64,000 bases of DNA from Hamiltosporidium tvaerminnensis FI-OER-3-3 (taxonomy: Eukaryota; Fungi; Microsporidia). The notes below the pieces were generated by a model. It made no database searches. It saw nothing but the letters and a program-made list of their open reading frames with translations, and was not told where the DNA came from. Position 1 is the first letter of the stretch; the number at the start of each line of letters is the position of its first letter. This document shows, piece after piece, positions 11,500 to 23,125 of the stretch. Position numbers and translations under genes: made by a program. The DNA lies in NCBI GenBank assembly GCA_022605425.2, contig CM061246.1, positions 930,001 to 994,000 on the forward strand, in the 5' to 3' direction.

Positions 11500-13975
11500 T
11501 GAATCTTCAATCTTATTCAAAAAGCAATGAAATCGATATCTTATATTTAGTAAGAAATTTAGACACAATCTATCGTTACCACCTATAAAATTTTAGTAAA
11601 ATCATATTTCAGTTAAAAAATACTTAAATTTATACGAATGAGTTTTGAGGTTATTTTTTTTTGAAAATTAGTCTCAATTTGCAGGAAATATGATTCTTAT
11701 ACCGATTTCTGGTTTCTAAATGTATTTTCTATCTTTAAAGTATTATATTGGAATGTTTCTAGAAATACCGATCTTTACATATTAAACATTCATGCATAAA
11801 AATTTAAATATAATCACAATGTTTTTTTTCCAGATATAGTTTATTCTTTATTAAAGGTTAGCTTGGGTTGACAATACCGGTTTAAACTCTGTAATTTTTC
11901 CAAAGAATTAATGCGTAAATATATTTTTTCTTTTAAATAACTTTTGAACAAATTTTATATTAATTTATTAGTTTTTAAAAACCTTTAGAAAATTTAATAG
12001 AAAATTTATCCACGAAAAACAAAATTAATGAAAATAAAAGAAAGTTTTGAAAAATTATTTATTAAAATTATTATCGGGGGACTTCTTTTTATCAGTGATT
12101 AGGCAAGTATAAACTATTTACCCTCTTTTTAATATTCCTGGTGTTAATTCTGGAATCTTTAGTATCTTTATCTCTATGAATTTTTCATTTATTATTTTCT
12201 ACATAGTTTAATATCAATGGTGATGAATACGGGTTGATAATTTTAATGTATATTATTTTAAATTATCTTTAATTCATATTAAGTACTTGAGCAGTATATT
12301 AATTAAAGTGATTTCTATTTATTTCAAATTATTTAAAGATTTTATTACGTTTAAAGTAAAATAGAGAAATGCTTAACAGTTGAAAAAATTGAATCATTAA
12401 GGGTTTTCTGATCTTTAGCATTTATTTTGTGAATTTAGGTTTTAATGAATTTTTTCTTCTTGTGTGGTAATCTTATTCTATATTTAAAAGTTATACAGGA
12501 TTTTATGTGATTTATATACGACTCCTTCTGACTGATCAATAGTTGTGTGTAAATTCTGTTTATTGTAAGACTTTTAAAATTCCGTTTTGATTCCAAATGA
12601 GTGATAATGTTAAATAGAGAATCATAATTATATCGATGCATATTTCTCACTGTTATTTTCTTGTTATCTCTTTTGATTCTTTCATACCAATTTTCAGGGT
12701 TAAAGTATATTTCATATTTATTATTCATTCAAATTACATTCATTTTTATGGGTTTCTTAATTTTCTTTCTCATTTCAAAAAAAAAAATTTAGCTTAGAAT
12801 TACAGTTTTCATTTCAATTGTTTTTCAGATTAAAACTTTTTTTCTGTAGGGGAGGGGGGTATTTATTTTTTCGACGTGCTCATTTGAGTTTCTTTTTTTC
12901 TAATTTTTTCGATTGAACCATCAGATTTAGAACAAAGCTACATGTTTCCTTGAAATTTCCTTTGTTTCGAACATTCTTCCATAAAATTGTTTTTTTTTTT
13001 CTGCTGTTAATAATTCATGATATCAAACATTTATTTGCTTCGACATGTCTTCGGATGTTAAGATCTGTTTTGATCTTTTACATACGACCGAATCTTTCTA
13101 TTTCGAACCATCACTTCACATTCATTTCTCGATCCCATTAGTTCAACAAAATCCTTTTTTCCCCATTGCTTTACAAATCCCTTTTTATTTCGTATTTCAG
13201 ATATACCTTCAAACTTTCATTAAAAATAAATTCCCCTCCCCAGTGTATCTTATCTTGTTCATAATAACATCCTGTATATGGATGCTTCTTTTCGCTATAT
13301 AAAAGCACCTTGGCTTCCTACTCCGCTATATTCAAAGCAAATATTGCTCCTGAATTACTCATAATATCTGGGTTTTTTCGATGTATTTATACTTTTTTTT
13401 GGAACAAATTTGTTTCCGGATTAGGAAAATTTGTTTACATAGATTATTCTATAAAATTCTTACTTCCTATTATGGAATTTCATATCAGCACAGTTTATAG
13501 CTTACATAAAGTTTTGTTTTGAATTGTATTGTTCTAGATCAAAAAATACCAATTTTCTCAACAATTTAAAATTTATTTCGGAAATAGAATTACTTCTAGA
13601 CAAAGTTAAATTATAATAATCATTACTTCTTTATACCGCATTTTATAACCAAGAAATTTTGTTTTAAATTTGTTAAGTGACATTTATAGGACTAATAAAA
13701 TTAAGAATTTAAGTTTTTTTCTTAACTTGAGTTGTTAAATATTTAATATATAAATAATAATAAAAAAATAATAGGTTATTTAATATGATGTAAATTAAAT
13801 GCAGTTTTATTTATAGTAAATAATTTTATATTGGGATTCCATTAGAATTCAAGTATGGCTATTGTTCGGAATTCTTTTAGTATTAATAACAGTATCAATT
13901 TCTCTGAATGGAAAAAAATCAAAAAAATCCAAAGGTATTTTATATTTAAATAAAAAATTTGATTCTATAATCTAT
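11500..13975 (-). mobile_element. Very old Ty3/gypsy-like pol debris, probably more than one fragment; boundaries approximate
   Basis: Scattered motif ghosts in broken frames: IDYR (~13970), EFRT.P (~13865), YxxxLLF (~13780), KTKFLGY (~13655), NPYSSPL (~12225). Confidence 0.3.
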
Positions 13976-13979
13976 CTAA

Positions 13980-14961
13980 CTAGACTTTAAGCCCGCAGAA
14001 ACGAACTTTCATTTACATTCATAAGATAAAAATGGCAAAAATATTCTTGGAGTTCATTATTTAAGCCATAATTCCGTAATAATCTCAATAAAAATTTTAA
14101 ATCTCACCTAGTCTGCTTCTCGTATATTTTTTAGTCTTTCATATCACATTTTTAGTAGTCTTCAGACAATTCTCAATAAAATTTAGGATATTTTTCAATT
14201 AACATATTGCTATATCTTTTTTTTCCATTTAATTTCAATTTTTAGAGCTTCGGCTCGGCGTTTATGTTTACCCTGTTTACTTTCCACCTATTTTTATTCA
14301 ATTGTGTTTTTTTCTCAAAGAAATTTATTCAGATAAAGAAGTTTCTTTGTCTGAAAATACTGTTCTTTAAACTATATGCTATTGGTTAATATATTTATTG
14401 CATAAATTCTCAGTTATTTTTATAAAAAATATTTTAATTTAATCAAATATATGCTCCACGAAGTTATTCAAGCAAAATTGTTTTGTGCAATTATTATGAG
14501 AATATAAATATATTGCACAGAAGAATAGTAGAAAGTAATCATCATATCCTACAATTTTTATTCCATCCTAAACTTTTTTAAATAAACTCAAGTAAGTGAT
14601 GTAATTTTTTTTAAAAGTAAATACTTTAGAAAAAGTAAAAAAAATATATTTATTTTTTTCCTTCCAAATTAATACGGTCTAGAAAGGATTTTTACAATGT
14701 TTATTTCATATATTTTTTTTTGAGCAAATAGAAATTGTTTAATTGTTTTATGTTCAGTTCTACTCACTAATATTGGTTGCATAAGATTTATGAACAAATA
14801 TAAAGAGACATTCTTAATTGAAGCACTCTTATTGGTGTCTTATATGCTTTTAACCAATTAAACATTTTGAGATGAGTCAGTGTCAGGACATTACAGAATT
14901 ATATAAATGATATTTCGAGTTGAGTCGTCGTCGTCGGGACATTACTGAATTCTATAAGTGA
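13980..14961 (-). mobile_element. Non-autonomous Helitron, copy 2 (931-bp core 13980-14910 plus an extra 51-bp 5' head)
   Basis: Minus strand A|TCATTTATATAATTCTGTAATGTCCTGACACTGACTCA ... AAGTTCGT-TTCT-GCGGGCTT hairpin, AAAGT, CTAG|T. Second head A|TCACTTATAGAATTCAGTAATGTCCCGACGACG at 14911-14961. Confidence 0.85.
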
Positions 14962-15090
14962 TTATATTTGATTTGAGTTTAATAACACTTTCTAAATTCG
15001 AATACCAAATGTTATTCAAAATAATTTTAAAATTTGAATATTTTTTTTATTTCAATTAATTATTTAAAAATTATTTTTTTTTATTAGAAA

Positions 15091-16359
15091 GCGAAGCGAA
15101 CATATGCTTCTGCAACTCTTGGATTGTCTGGAAAAAAGTAAAGAAATATCAACTAGACGAGCAGCAATCCTCAAGGTGGAGAATAATAATAAAACCCATC
15201 TTGCACTAATAAAAGGCTTCTTAAAAGTAAAGTAAATGTTGGTAGTAGAAGTCACTAAGAAAAGTTTAGAAGAAGCTCAACTTGCAAAACTATATAACGA
15301 AATAGAAAAACGAAAACTCCATTCAAAGTTATATAATGCAAGAAAAAATGAGCTTGTGAGTGTTAGTGACTCTTCAAGATGGCTAAAGAGAGGAAATATT
15401 AGGCCACGAAATGAAGCTGTGTTCTGCTATATCCAGGATAGAAATGTATTCTGGGGAGCAGATGGTGTGTGTCAACATTGTGGGAAGTCTGGTAAGACTG
15501 TAGATCATCTAGCAACTAGATGTGAAAAAATGCTAGGCCATGACTATACCAGACGGCATAATGAAGTGGTTAGATGCCTACACTTACTTCTCTTAAATAG
15601 ATATAAGTTTAAGTCCTCAAAACGAATTAGGAGTCACTCAGTTCAAGAAATTCTTGATAATGAGTATGCAGAGATAAGAGTGGACACCAGAATTAAAACT
15701 GATGTTAAAATTCGGAATAACAGACCGTACATATTTATTTTAGATAAGAAGAAGAATAAGATAACACTCATTGAAGTAGGAATCACTTCCCAAGATTCAC
15801 TTCAAATAGTTGAAACGGAAAAACTTAGGAAGTATGACCTGCTAGCCAATGAGTTGGGTCTTATTTATAAGTGTAGTGTTGAGATAATCCCTTATGTGAT
15901 GACCTGGGACGGTATTGTGACAAAATAGCATAAAAATAATATTAAAAGACTAGAAATACCCATGAATGTAGAGGCATACATTCAGTCTATAGTACTTAAG
16001 AAAACAGTCGAAACAATTTCCTCTGATCGACGAAGAGGACTTGAGTCAGGACTAAATGCCGAAGAAAGCCGGGAGAGAGCGTCAATGGGTGTTATTATGA
16101 GATCAGAGATGCATGAGGAACCAATACACCCCTTAAAAGAAGCGAAAAGAGAGGAAGATGGTGTTAAAATTTTAAAACCAAAAAATAAAGCAACCCTTAT
16201 TTCACAAGGAGGAACCACTTTAGAGAAACCGACTAATAACATAAATGAAGAGTCGGATTTGGAAGAAGAGACAAAAGTGGTTAAAGAGGTAGAAGAAAAC
16301 ATATAAAAATGTTAAAAATATTTTAACCCAGAATTTTATTAAATAAAAATATGAACATC
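15091..16359 (+). mobile_element. 5'-truncated young copy of the R4/Dong-clade RLE LINE
   Basis: Near-identical to the 3' 1.25 kb of the intact element (CCHC knuckle and RLE), with RPD changed to RPY and premature stops. Ends in AACCCAGAATTTTATTAAATAAAA. 12-bp TTTTATTAGAAA occurs at 15079-15090 and 16360-16371. Confidence 0.95.
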
Positions 16360-16420
16360 TTTTATTAGAAATATGAAATAGAAATAAAAATAATTGAGTA
16401 TCAAATTTTATTTACTGAGG

Positions 16421-16906
16421 TTATTCTAATATATAATTTTTACTTTTTATAATAAATGGTTCTGAATAACTGTAACTTTCAATTTGGCTTTCTTCTTGTA
16501 TTTCTTGAATAAAATCGCAATTGTAATTCAGATTTTCTATTTCTTGATTATTTTGATTGTTTATTTCATTTTTAAAATCTTTTATGTGTTTCTTTCTTTC
16601 TATAAAATTTTTATTCACACTCAGAAAGTTTTTATTAATTTGTCTTTTTCTTTTTTTAGAATTTGAAGATATTTTTTCTTGATTTTCAGAGGTATTTTTA
16701 CAATCATTAATATTATCTAATTTGTATTTGTAAAAATCAAAACATTCTTTAACTTTGTGTATTTTAAAATCGAGTTCGTTTAATTTTATCAGTATTTCGT
16801 TATTTGTTACATTAAATTTTTGATCTAAATTTGTTTTGATTTCTTTTACCTCAGAAATTACATTTGAATATGAAATTATTAAAGTATTTAAAAAATCAGA
16901 ATCCAT
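16421..16906 (-). CDS. Hypothetical protein with N-terminal coiled coil and basic NLS-like patch
   Basis: 161-aa ATG ORF 70 bp downstream of the RNase H2 gene. Heptad-like N-terminal half; KKRKR motif. Confidence 0.6.
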   Translation of the reverse strand: MDSDFLNTLIISYSNVISEVKEIKTNLDQKFNVTNNEILIKLNELDFKIHKVKECFDFYKYKLDNINDCKNTSENQEKISSNSKKRKRQINKNFLSVNKNFIERKKHIKDFKNEINNQNNQEIENLNYNCDFIQEIQEESQIESYSYSEPFIIKSKNYILE

Positions 16907-16976
16907 ATTTTTATGCAGAAGAAAAAAAATTTTTATTAAATTTATTTTGCATGAACAAATTCGCTATAAATTTATA

Positions 16977-17681
16977 TCAATCAAAATCTGCATAAAAACC
17001 TAACGAACTAACATTTTTACTTTTTCTAATACCAAGTCTTCTTTCAATTGTACTCCATTTAAATCTAACAATATCAGAATAACCAAATAATGGATTGAAA
17101 TTTCGATCCAACCATTTTATTGTTTCTGGATCACTAGGATATCCAGAACCATAATTATTATCTTTAAATTTCCAATTAAGTAACCGTTTATCTCTGGTGA
17201 CTTTAGCCACAATACTTGCTGCTCCAACGATTCCATATTTACTGTCTGCCTTTTCTTCGATGATAAAATTTAAATTTGGAAAAATAGTTTTTAATCTTTT
17301 TTGGTGTGTCGAAACAGGACCTACGATATCCAAATAAACATTTCTAATTTTAAGATGTTCTAAGCATTTAATAATATTTATTTGTGCGATGTAGGAAATT
17401 TCATTGAGACTTTTATTTTGCATTTCAGTTGTTATATAAGACGGATGCAAAGCAAAATAAATGTGACTTAAATTATTATTTTCTTGGATTGCTTTAAAAG
17501 AGGTTTCTCTTTGTGAAGGTGTTAGTAGTTTCGAATCTTTGTACTTGATAACTTCAGATGAAACAACCGCCCCAAATACCATGTAACCTAAAACCGGACC
17601 TCTCCCTGCCTCATCTATTCCTATATCAATATAATCATCATGCTTTCGAATAACTTTATGTAAAATATTTTTTTTATCCAT
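16977..17681 (-). CDS. RNH201: Ribonuclease H2 catalytic subunit A (RNase HII family)
   Basis: GIDEAGRGPVLG, KDSK, YLDIVG, KADSKY..V.AASIVAKVTRD, YGSGYPSDP, VRFKWST are all canonical. Confidence 0.95.
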   Translation of the reverse strand: MDKKNILHKVIRKHDDYIDIGIDEAGRGPVLGYMVFGAVVSSEVIKYKDSKLLTPSQRETSFKAIQENNNLSHIYFALHPSYITTEMQNKSLNEISYIAQINIIKCLEHLKIRNVYLDIVGPVSTHQKRLKTIFPNLNFIIEEKADSKYGIVGAASIVAKVTRDKRLLNWKFKDNNYGSGYPSDPETIKWLDRNFNPLFGYSDIVRFKWSTIERRLGIRKSKNVSSLGFYADFD

Positions 17682-17985
17682 TTTTACTGTTTTTTTTAGA
17701 AATTATAAAATATTTTAAACAAAAAATTCTAAAAGAAGGATTCATAAATGAAATTATGTGAGAAGTGGAAATAATTTTTAATTTTTTCCTAAAAAGAAAT
17801 ATTTTAGTAAATTTATGTAAATTTTACATTTTTCTCTAAAATTCGGCATTTATATAAAATTTTAATAAATTTATTTCTAAAGAGAGATTTAAAATCTATA
17901 AATAAATAATTTTAAGATAGTAATTTAAATTAAATTTTGTTTGAAAATTTTCCAATAATAATATAAGTTCCTGGGTTAAATACAT

Positions 17986-18900
17986 TCAGCAATGGTTTGT
18001 TAATAATGCTTTTAATATATCTTGAACAAATAAAAAATCTTCTAATGAAAATTCATTTATATTATTCATATTATATTCTCTCAGATTATTTAATAAATCT
18101 TTTATATTTGTAAACACGTCTGATAATAATTGTAATAAAGAAATGCATCGTTTGATTTCTTTATTTTCAACTTCAAACATAAAAAATCGAATTAATAAAT
18201 CTAAAAATATATTTTCAAATTCATTAAAAAATTCTACACTTGAAATAAAATAATTTAAAGTTGATTCAAAAATAATTCTTCTAAGTTGAATATCATTTAA
18301 ATTTTCTATTAAAGTTAAAAATATTTTATAAAAAATATTTAAGTTTGTTTTTGAGAGATTATTTTCAAAATTAACTTTATCATTTGCTTTCTTATTTTTT
18401 ATTAAAGTATCTGTAGAAACCTCTTGATTATCCTTGTTTTCAAATTCTTTTGATAACTCCGTGTCAAAAAAATCTACAAATTTATTATTATCAATTATAT
18501 CATAAAATATATCCAAGCTTTCTTTATATTCTTGGTTTTTTAATAAAATATTTACCAATTTAAATTTTAAAGAAATATTGTTTGTTTTTTTGATTGCTTT
18601 ATGTAAAACAAATTCCAAAATCGCTGTTTTATTTTCTTTTTCTAATTTTTCAATGTAATCAAAATATAATTTTGGATATTTTTCAACGGTGGTTTCATAT
18701 AGTTTTTCAAACTGAATTTTTTTCTCTAAAAATGAAATACATTCTTTTATAAATTCTGTTTTTCTTTTACTATTTTTAACCCAATCATAGAAAAAACTTT
18801 CTATTTCTGTAAAAGTATATAATTTTGAAATTTCATCAAAGTTCATTGTTAATATTTCTTGATTGCCAGTTATTTCCGTTTCTGATAATTTATTAACCAT
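17986..18900 (-). CDS. Hypothetical helical-repeat (HAT/TPR-like) protein
   Basis: 304-aa ORF with CCCC 7-10 nt upstream. YETTVEKYPKLYFDYIEKLE..VLHKAI resembles a HAT repeat. Orthology is unresolved. Confidence 0.65.
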   Translation of the reverse strand: MVNKLSETEITGNQEILTMNFDEISKLYTFTEIESFFYDWVKNSKRKTEFIKECISFLEKKIQFEKLYETTVEKYPKLYFDYIEKLEKENKTAILEFVLHKAIKKTNNISLKFKLVNILLKNQEYKESLDIFYDIIDNNKFVDFFDTELSKEFENKDNQEVSTDTLIKNKKANDKVNFENNLSKTNLNIFYKIFLTLIENLNDIQLRRIIFESTLNYFISSVEFFNEFENIFLDLLIRFFMFEVENKEIKRCISLLQLLSDVFTNIKDLLNNLREYNMNNINEFSLEDFLFVQDILKALLTNHC

Positions 18901-20250
18901 ATTAAAGGGGAATTTAAAATAAGAAGATTTATAGACAAAGTACTCGATTAATTAGATTTATTTTAATTCTCGTAAATACCATGTGTAATATCAAGTAAAA
19001 AAAATATTTAATCATCATTTATTCCTCTTGGTTTTTGTTATAAAATCATGCTGCTTCTCATTTCCTTGACTTTATATTTTAAATAAAATTACTCTTCTAT
19101 ATTTATAGTCGGTGCATCATTTTCAGTCTTTTTTTTCAATTTGTTTTTTTTTGTACATAACAATAATCTAAAGATAATATACGTAGACCATAAAGAATAT
19201 TTAAATATATTGTTGTATTTTTACCTACTTCCAGCTTATAGAATATATCTTACATCGTTAGACATTATCTTTGATATATAAATAAATATTTTAAGTGTCT
19301 TTAGATCATAATTTCAATATATTTTAACCAAAAAGTTATGATGAAAACCTTTAAAGTCTAACCAATATTTTTTTCACTAAATTTCTATTTTTTTTTGTTG
19401 AAAAAATTCGCAGCTACTTAAAGAAGTCACCCCTTAGGAATGACCCAAATATCCAAGAAACATTCGCATTTTCTTTTATCATTAATTCAAGTTTTCTTAC
19501 TCTCGGTATTTTAAGGTTATTTGAAATATTGCAAAAGTATTCGAAATCTCATTAAATTTTCTTAAAAGTATGTCCAATTACTTTATAACATTTATTCAAC
19601 CATTTTCCGAAAACAATTGAGGTTATATGGTAAATCAGCTTTCAATAATCATTCTATACTTCTAGATTTATATCGATTTTTTTTAAGATTAATACTTACG
19701 ATATACAATTCTATGTCGTAGTTAAGATTTTCATCATAAGCATCAAAAGGTGTGATATGAATTTAAATTTCAAATTTTACTGTTTATTATAAGTCTGAAT
19801 TAGACTCTTAAAGTTATGCTAGTATCCGTAGGAATATAATAAATTTATAATTACAATTTACAAAAAATTGTATTTTATTTAATTATCGATAGTTCATAAA
19901 TAAATTTAACTGTTAATATTATTATGCAATAATCAGAATTCTTTAAATATTTTGTGAATTCAAAACCAAAAGCAAATAAAATTAATTGTTTACATTTGTA
20001 TAAACTTTTATAAATTTATAAAAATGAATTTTTTCGAAAGCATAAAAATAATTTTAGAGAGATTCTCTTCAGTAAAACCAATCCATTTCTTTATAAATTT
20101 ATAAAAGAATTTTCTATTTAATATAAATTTCTTTTCAAAATCATCAAAAATACTTGAGACACAATTTTATTCTACAAAACTGATCAAAATCAATCCAACT
20201 TATATGAAATTTGTGATTTTAAAAACTTTATAAACACAATCAAAATAAAT

Positions 20251-20254
20251 CCCC
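20251..20254 (+). promoter_or_regulatory. Microsporidian-type CCC start-proximal motif (example; also 6913, 7955, 18907, 32850, 47058, 47366, 55536)
   Basis: A CCC/CCCC run within ~20 nt upstream of the ATG in six of nine genes and two pseudogenes, in otherwise C-poor DNA. This is a known microsporidian promoter signature. Confidence 0.75.
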
Positions 20255-23125
20255 ATGCAAGAACATTTACCACAGAAAATAGAAGAGCAAGTTGTTTCAA
20301 TATCATTAGAAGCTGCAAAAAATGAGCTTAGCGCTGTCGAGAAGGCAAAAGGATTACAGAATATTTATGGTGATAAAATCTTTCCTGTGTTTTATAAGTA
20401 CTTTTCTATCTCTTTCCTAAACCACCTATCATTACCGACTAATAAATATAAAGAATCTATAACTTCATATAATACAAGATCTAATTATGTTCAGCGTAGA
20501 AAAATCGATATACAGAATGATTTGAATAACCATGGAATCCATTATGCAGCTATAAAAAGAAAAAAAGAAAATACAGTTATTAAAATAAATAATAATGTAA
20601 GAGATGAAGATGATAAAGAAAAAAAGACGGATATAACAACTTCAAAAAATAATATAGATTCTAAGAATACTAATAATGATATCAAAACATATGGAAATGA
20701 ACATTCAAGTTATTCAAAGTGTTCAAAAAGCCGTAAAAAAGAAATTGAAAGGATTTTGAAAAGTAAGAAAAGGAAATGCTTAGAAGAAAAAAGTATAAAA
20801 TCAGATGAATTGACAAAACTAATGATTTCTTTGGAGGCTACTGTTGTTGAAAAACCCAATTTTTTATCAAATGAAAAATTATTTGAATTGATATCATCAC
20901 AATTAAAAACGAAGTATGAAATTTCAAGGAAAAAGTATAAACAAGAAAATGAAGATCCCAAAAGAATAAAAATTGTAGAACAAAGTAAAGTGGATTCTAT
21001 CAATGAAGATTTGGAAAAGAATTTGAAAATTAACTTTCCTGATTTGCTCTGTGAAAATATATTTTCTTTCAAAATTCCGAATCTTTCTCTTTTGCTTCTC
21101 GAATTTTCAAATGATATCAAAGAAACCTTTAAAGTTTTGATAAATATTGATTTTGAATTTTCTAAAAAAATTATAAAAAAATATTCTTTAGATGATGAAT
21201 GCCTATACAAATTCTTTCTTCAATTCAAAGATACTGACAATCTTGAGGAATATGTTGATTTAATCGATAAAAATTTTCTTTTAAAATATAATGGAACACT
21301 TAGATTTCCAATGAAATTAATACATCGAGTTTTTACAATGAATGGGAAAAATATTTCAGAAAATTTTATGGTAGAAATTTGGGATTTAATTAAGAATTTA
21401 AAGATTGGAGAAAGGTTCAAATTATATAATAGTTTAAGGATTATTGATAACGATGCTTCTGTAAATACAAGAAAATTTTTAAAAAGACTGTGTATGGATA
21501 ATATTGAATTCATTTCTAAAAAATTGATAGATTTATGTGCCTCTTCACCTTTCAGTGTAATTGATGAAATATTTAAATCATTCATTACTTTCAACTCATT
21601 GATACCCTTATATATTGAGTTGATTAAATGTATGAAAGAATATTTCATTGATTTTTTTCATTTCTATATTTTAGAATTATTAAATAATTCTGATTATGAA
21701 AATTTTGAGTGTTATGATGCAAGTGAAGAAATGGATTTGTTTAGTTTGGAACGTAAAAATATTTATCAAGATATTGACAATGATTCTAGTCTTAATATTG
21801 CTGATATTAAAAAGTGTGGTGCAGAAAATGGACAGAATGAAAATATAAAGACACTTAATCAATCCAATACTAGTATTCATAAAAGTAAAAAAGTAGTTGA
21901 AAATAATGAATTCAAAAAAATATATACAAACGGAGAGTATTATCAATGGTTTACCAACTTATGTTTCTTCCTGAGAAGCTTTTCCGATTTAATCGACAGA
22001 AAATTATTCTTAGAATATTCTTCGACGATGTTAGCTCAAAAAAAATATTTATTCCTTCCATTAGTTGAGGCTCTGTTATTTAGTTACAATATAAATGAAA
22101 ATAAAGGTGACACAAAATATAAACCAAATTGTGGGAGTAAAACTGAAAATTATATTGTGAGCAATTCTGAAAATAATAACGAATACATTGAAAATAAACT
22201 TGGAATATGTGTTAGTAGTGGAATTACAGATATTTTTAAGGTAAAAAAACTTTCTTTGAAGTGTAAAACCGATATGTGTAGCCGATATATAATGATTTGG
22301 AATAAAATTACAGGAGGTGATTTTTTCGAAGAGAGGATCAAAGATATATTAATGAAAAAAATTGAATTTCAAACTATAAAGTATCTTATTCCTTATGAAA
22401 TAGAAATGATTACCAAATTTCTATCAGAAATCCAAATTAAAGAAATTTTATCCGGAATAAAAGAGTGTGATTCCAAAAAATATCATGAAATAAGGAACCA
22501 AATAATTTTTATTGATAATATTGAAACAAAATATTTAATAGGCCATGATTGGGTTCTTAATTTTATAAAAAAATACGAAAAATCAACAAGGGAAGACTTG
22601 AGAGTCCTGGCCAATAGTTGTTACGCAAAGCTATTGGTGAAAGAAAAAAGATTTAAAGCGGAAATTGAGGCTAATGAATCGGTAATCACGCCCAAGGGAA
22701 ACACTTCCTACATTAGTGATTCCGATTCAGTTCCAGCAAAGAATTTACGAAAGAATTCTAGTTCATCAGAAGAAGGAGAACTTAGGAAGTGGGACGAGGA
22801 AGAAAATAAGCTTGCTAGAAAACCTGAAAATATAATTGCAAGGCCAGATACTCGAAAATTTGAAAGGGATAGTAAACCATATGAGCATTCTATAGGTGAT
22901 AGATATAAATACAGATATCAATCTGAACAATCAACCTATAGAAGTGGTTTTGGCGATTCGAAAAGTGTATATTCAAGAAATTCGTACAGTTACAAAAGAA
23001 GATATGATGATGATTGTTATAGATATAAAAATACAAGGGGTGATGATTTTTACGGTAAAAATAGATCAGGCGATAGAAACATTTCAGATGATTCAAGTGA
23101 ATATTCGTATAAAAAACGAAGATAA
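20255..23125 (+). CDS. THO2: THO complex subunit 2 (TREX)
   Basis: ERFKLY, RKFLKRLCMDNI...SSPF..IDEI...FNSLIP..IE..K....DFFHFYILELL and WFTNLCFF match the Thoc2 core. Charged R/S/D/Y-rich tail. CCCC immediately before the ATG. Confidence 0.8.
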   Translation: MQEHLPQKIEEQVVSISLEAAKNELSAVEKAKGLQNIYGDKIFPVFYKYFSISFLNHLSLPTNKYKESITSYNTRSNYVQRRKIDIQNDLNNHGIHYAAIKRKKENTVIKINNNVRDEDDKEKKTDITTSKNNIDSKNTNNDIKTYGNEHSSYSKCSKSRKKEIERILKSKKRKCLEEKSIKSDELTKLMISLEATVVEKPNFLSNEKLFELISSQLKTKYEISRKKYKQENEDPKRIKIVEQSKVDSINEDLEKNLKINFPDLLCENIFSFKIPNLSLLLLEFSNDIKETFKVLINIDFEFSKKIIKKYSLDDECLYKFFLQFKDTDNLEEYVDLIDKNFLLKYNGTLRFPMKLIHRVFTMNGKNISENFMVEIWDLIKNLKIGERFKLYNSLRIIDNDASVNTRKFLKRLCMDNIEFISKKLIDLCASSPFSVIDEIFKSFITFNSLIPLYIELIKCMKEYFIDFFHFYILELLNNSDYENFECYDASEEMDLFSLERKNIYQDIDNDSSLNIADIKKCGAENGQNENIKTLNQSNTSIHKSKKVVENNEFKKIYTNGEYYQWFTNLCFFLRSFSDLIDRKLFLEYSSTMLAQKKYLFLPLVEALLFSYNINENKGDTKYKPNCGSKTENYIVSNSENNNEYIENKLGICVSSGITDIFKVKKLSLKCKTDMCSRYIMIWNKITGGDFFEERIKDILMKKIEFQTIKYLIPYEIEMITKFLSEIQIKEILSGIKECDSKKYHEIRNQIIFIDNIETKYLIGHDWVLNFIKKYEKSTREDLRVLANSCYAKLLVKEKRFKAEIEANESVITPKGNTSYISDSDSVPAKNLRKNSSSSEEGELRKWDEEENKLARKPENIIARPDTRKFERDSKPYEHSIGDRYKYRYQSEQSTYRSGFGDSKSVYSRNSYSYKRRYDDDCYRYKNTRGDDFYGKNRSGDRNISDDSSEYSYKKRR

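Noticed and set aside
15982-16302. Antisense ORFs over LINE copies (also 60331-60651, 61378-61707, 42794-43117)
   Set aside because: Shadows of the sense frame; they recur only because the element is repeated.
20710-22341. Antisense ORFs within THO2 (and similarly within NOT1)
   Set aside because: F/I/S/L-rich mirror translations of a K/E/N-rich gene.
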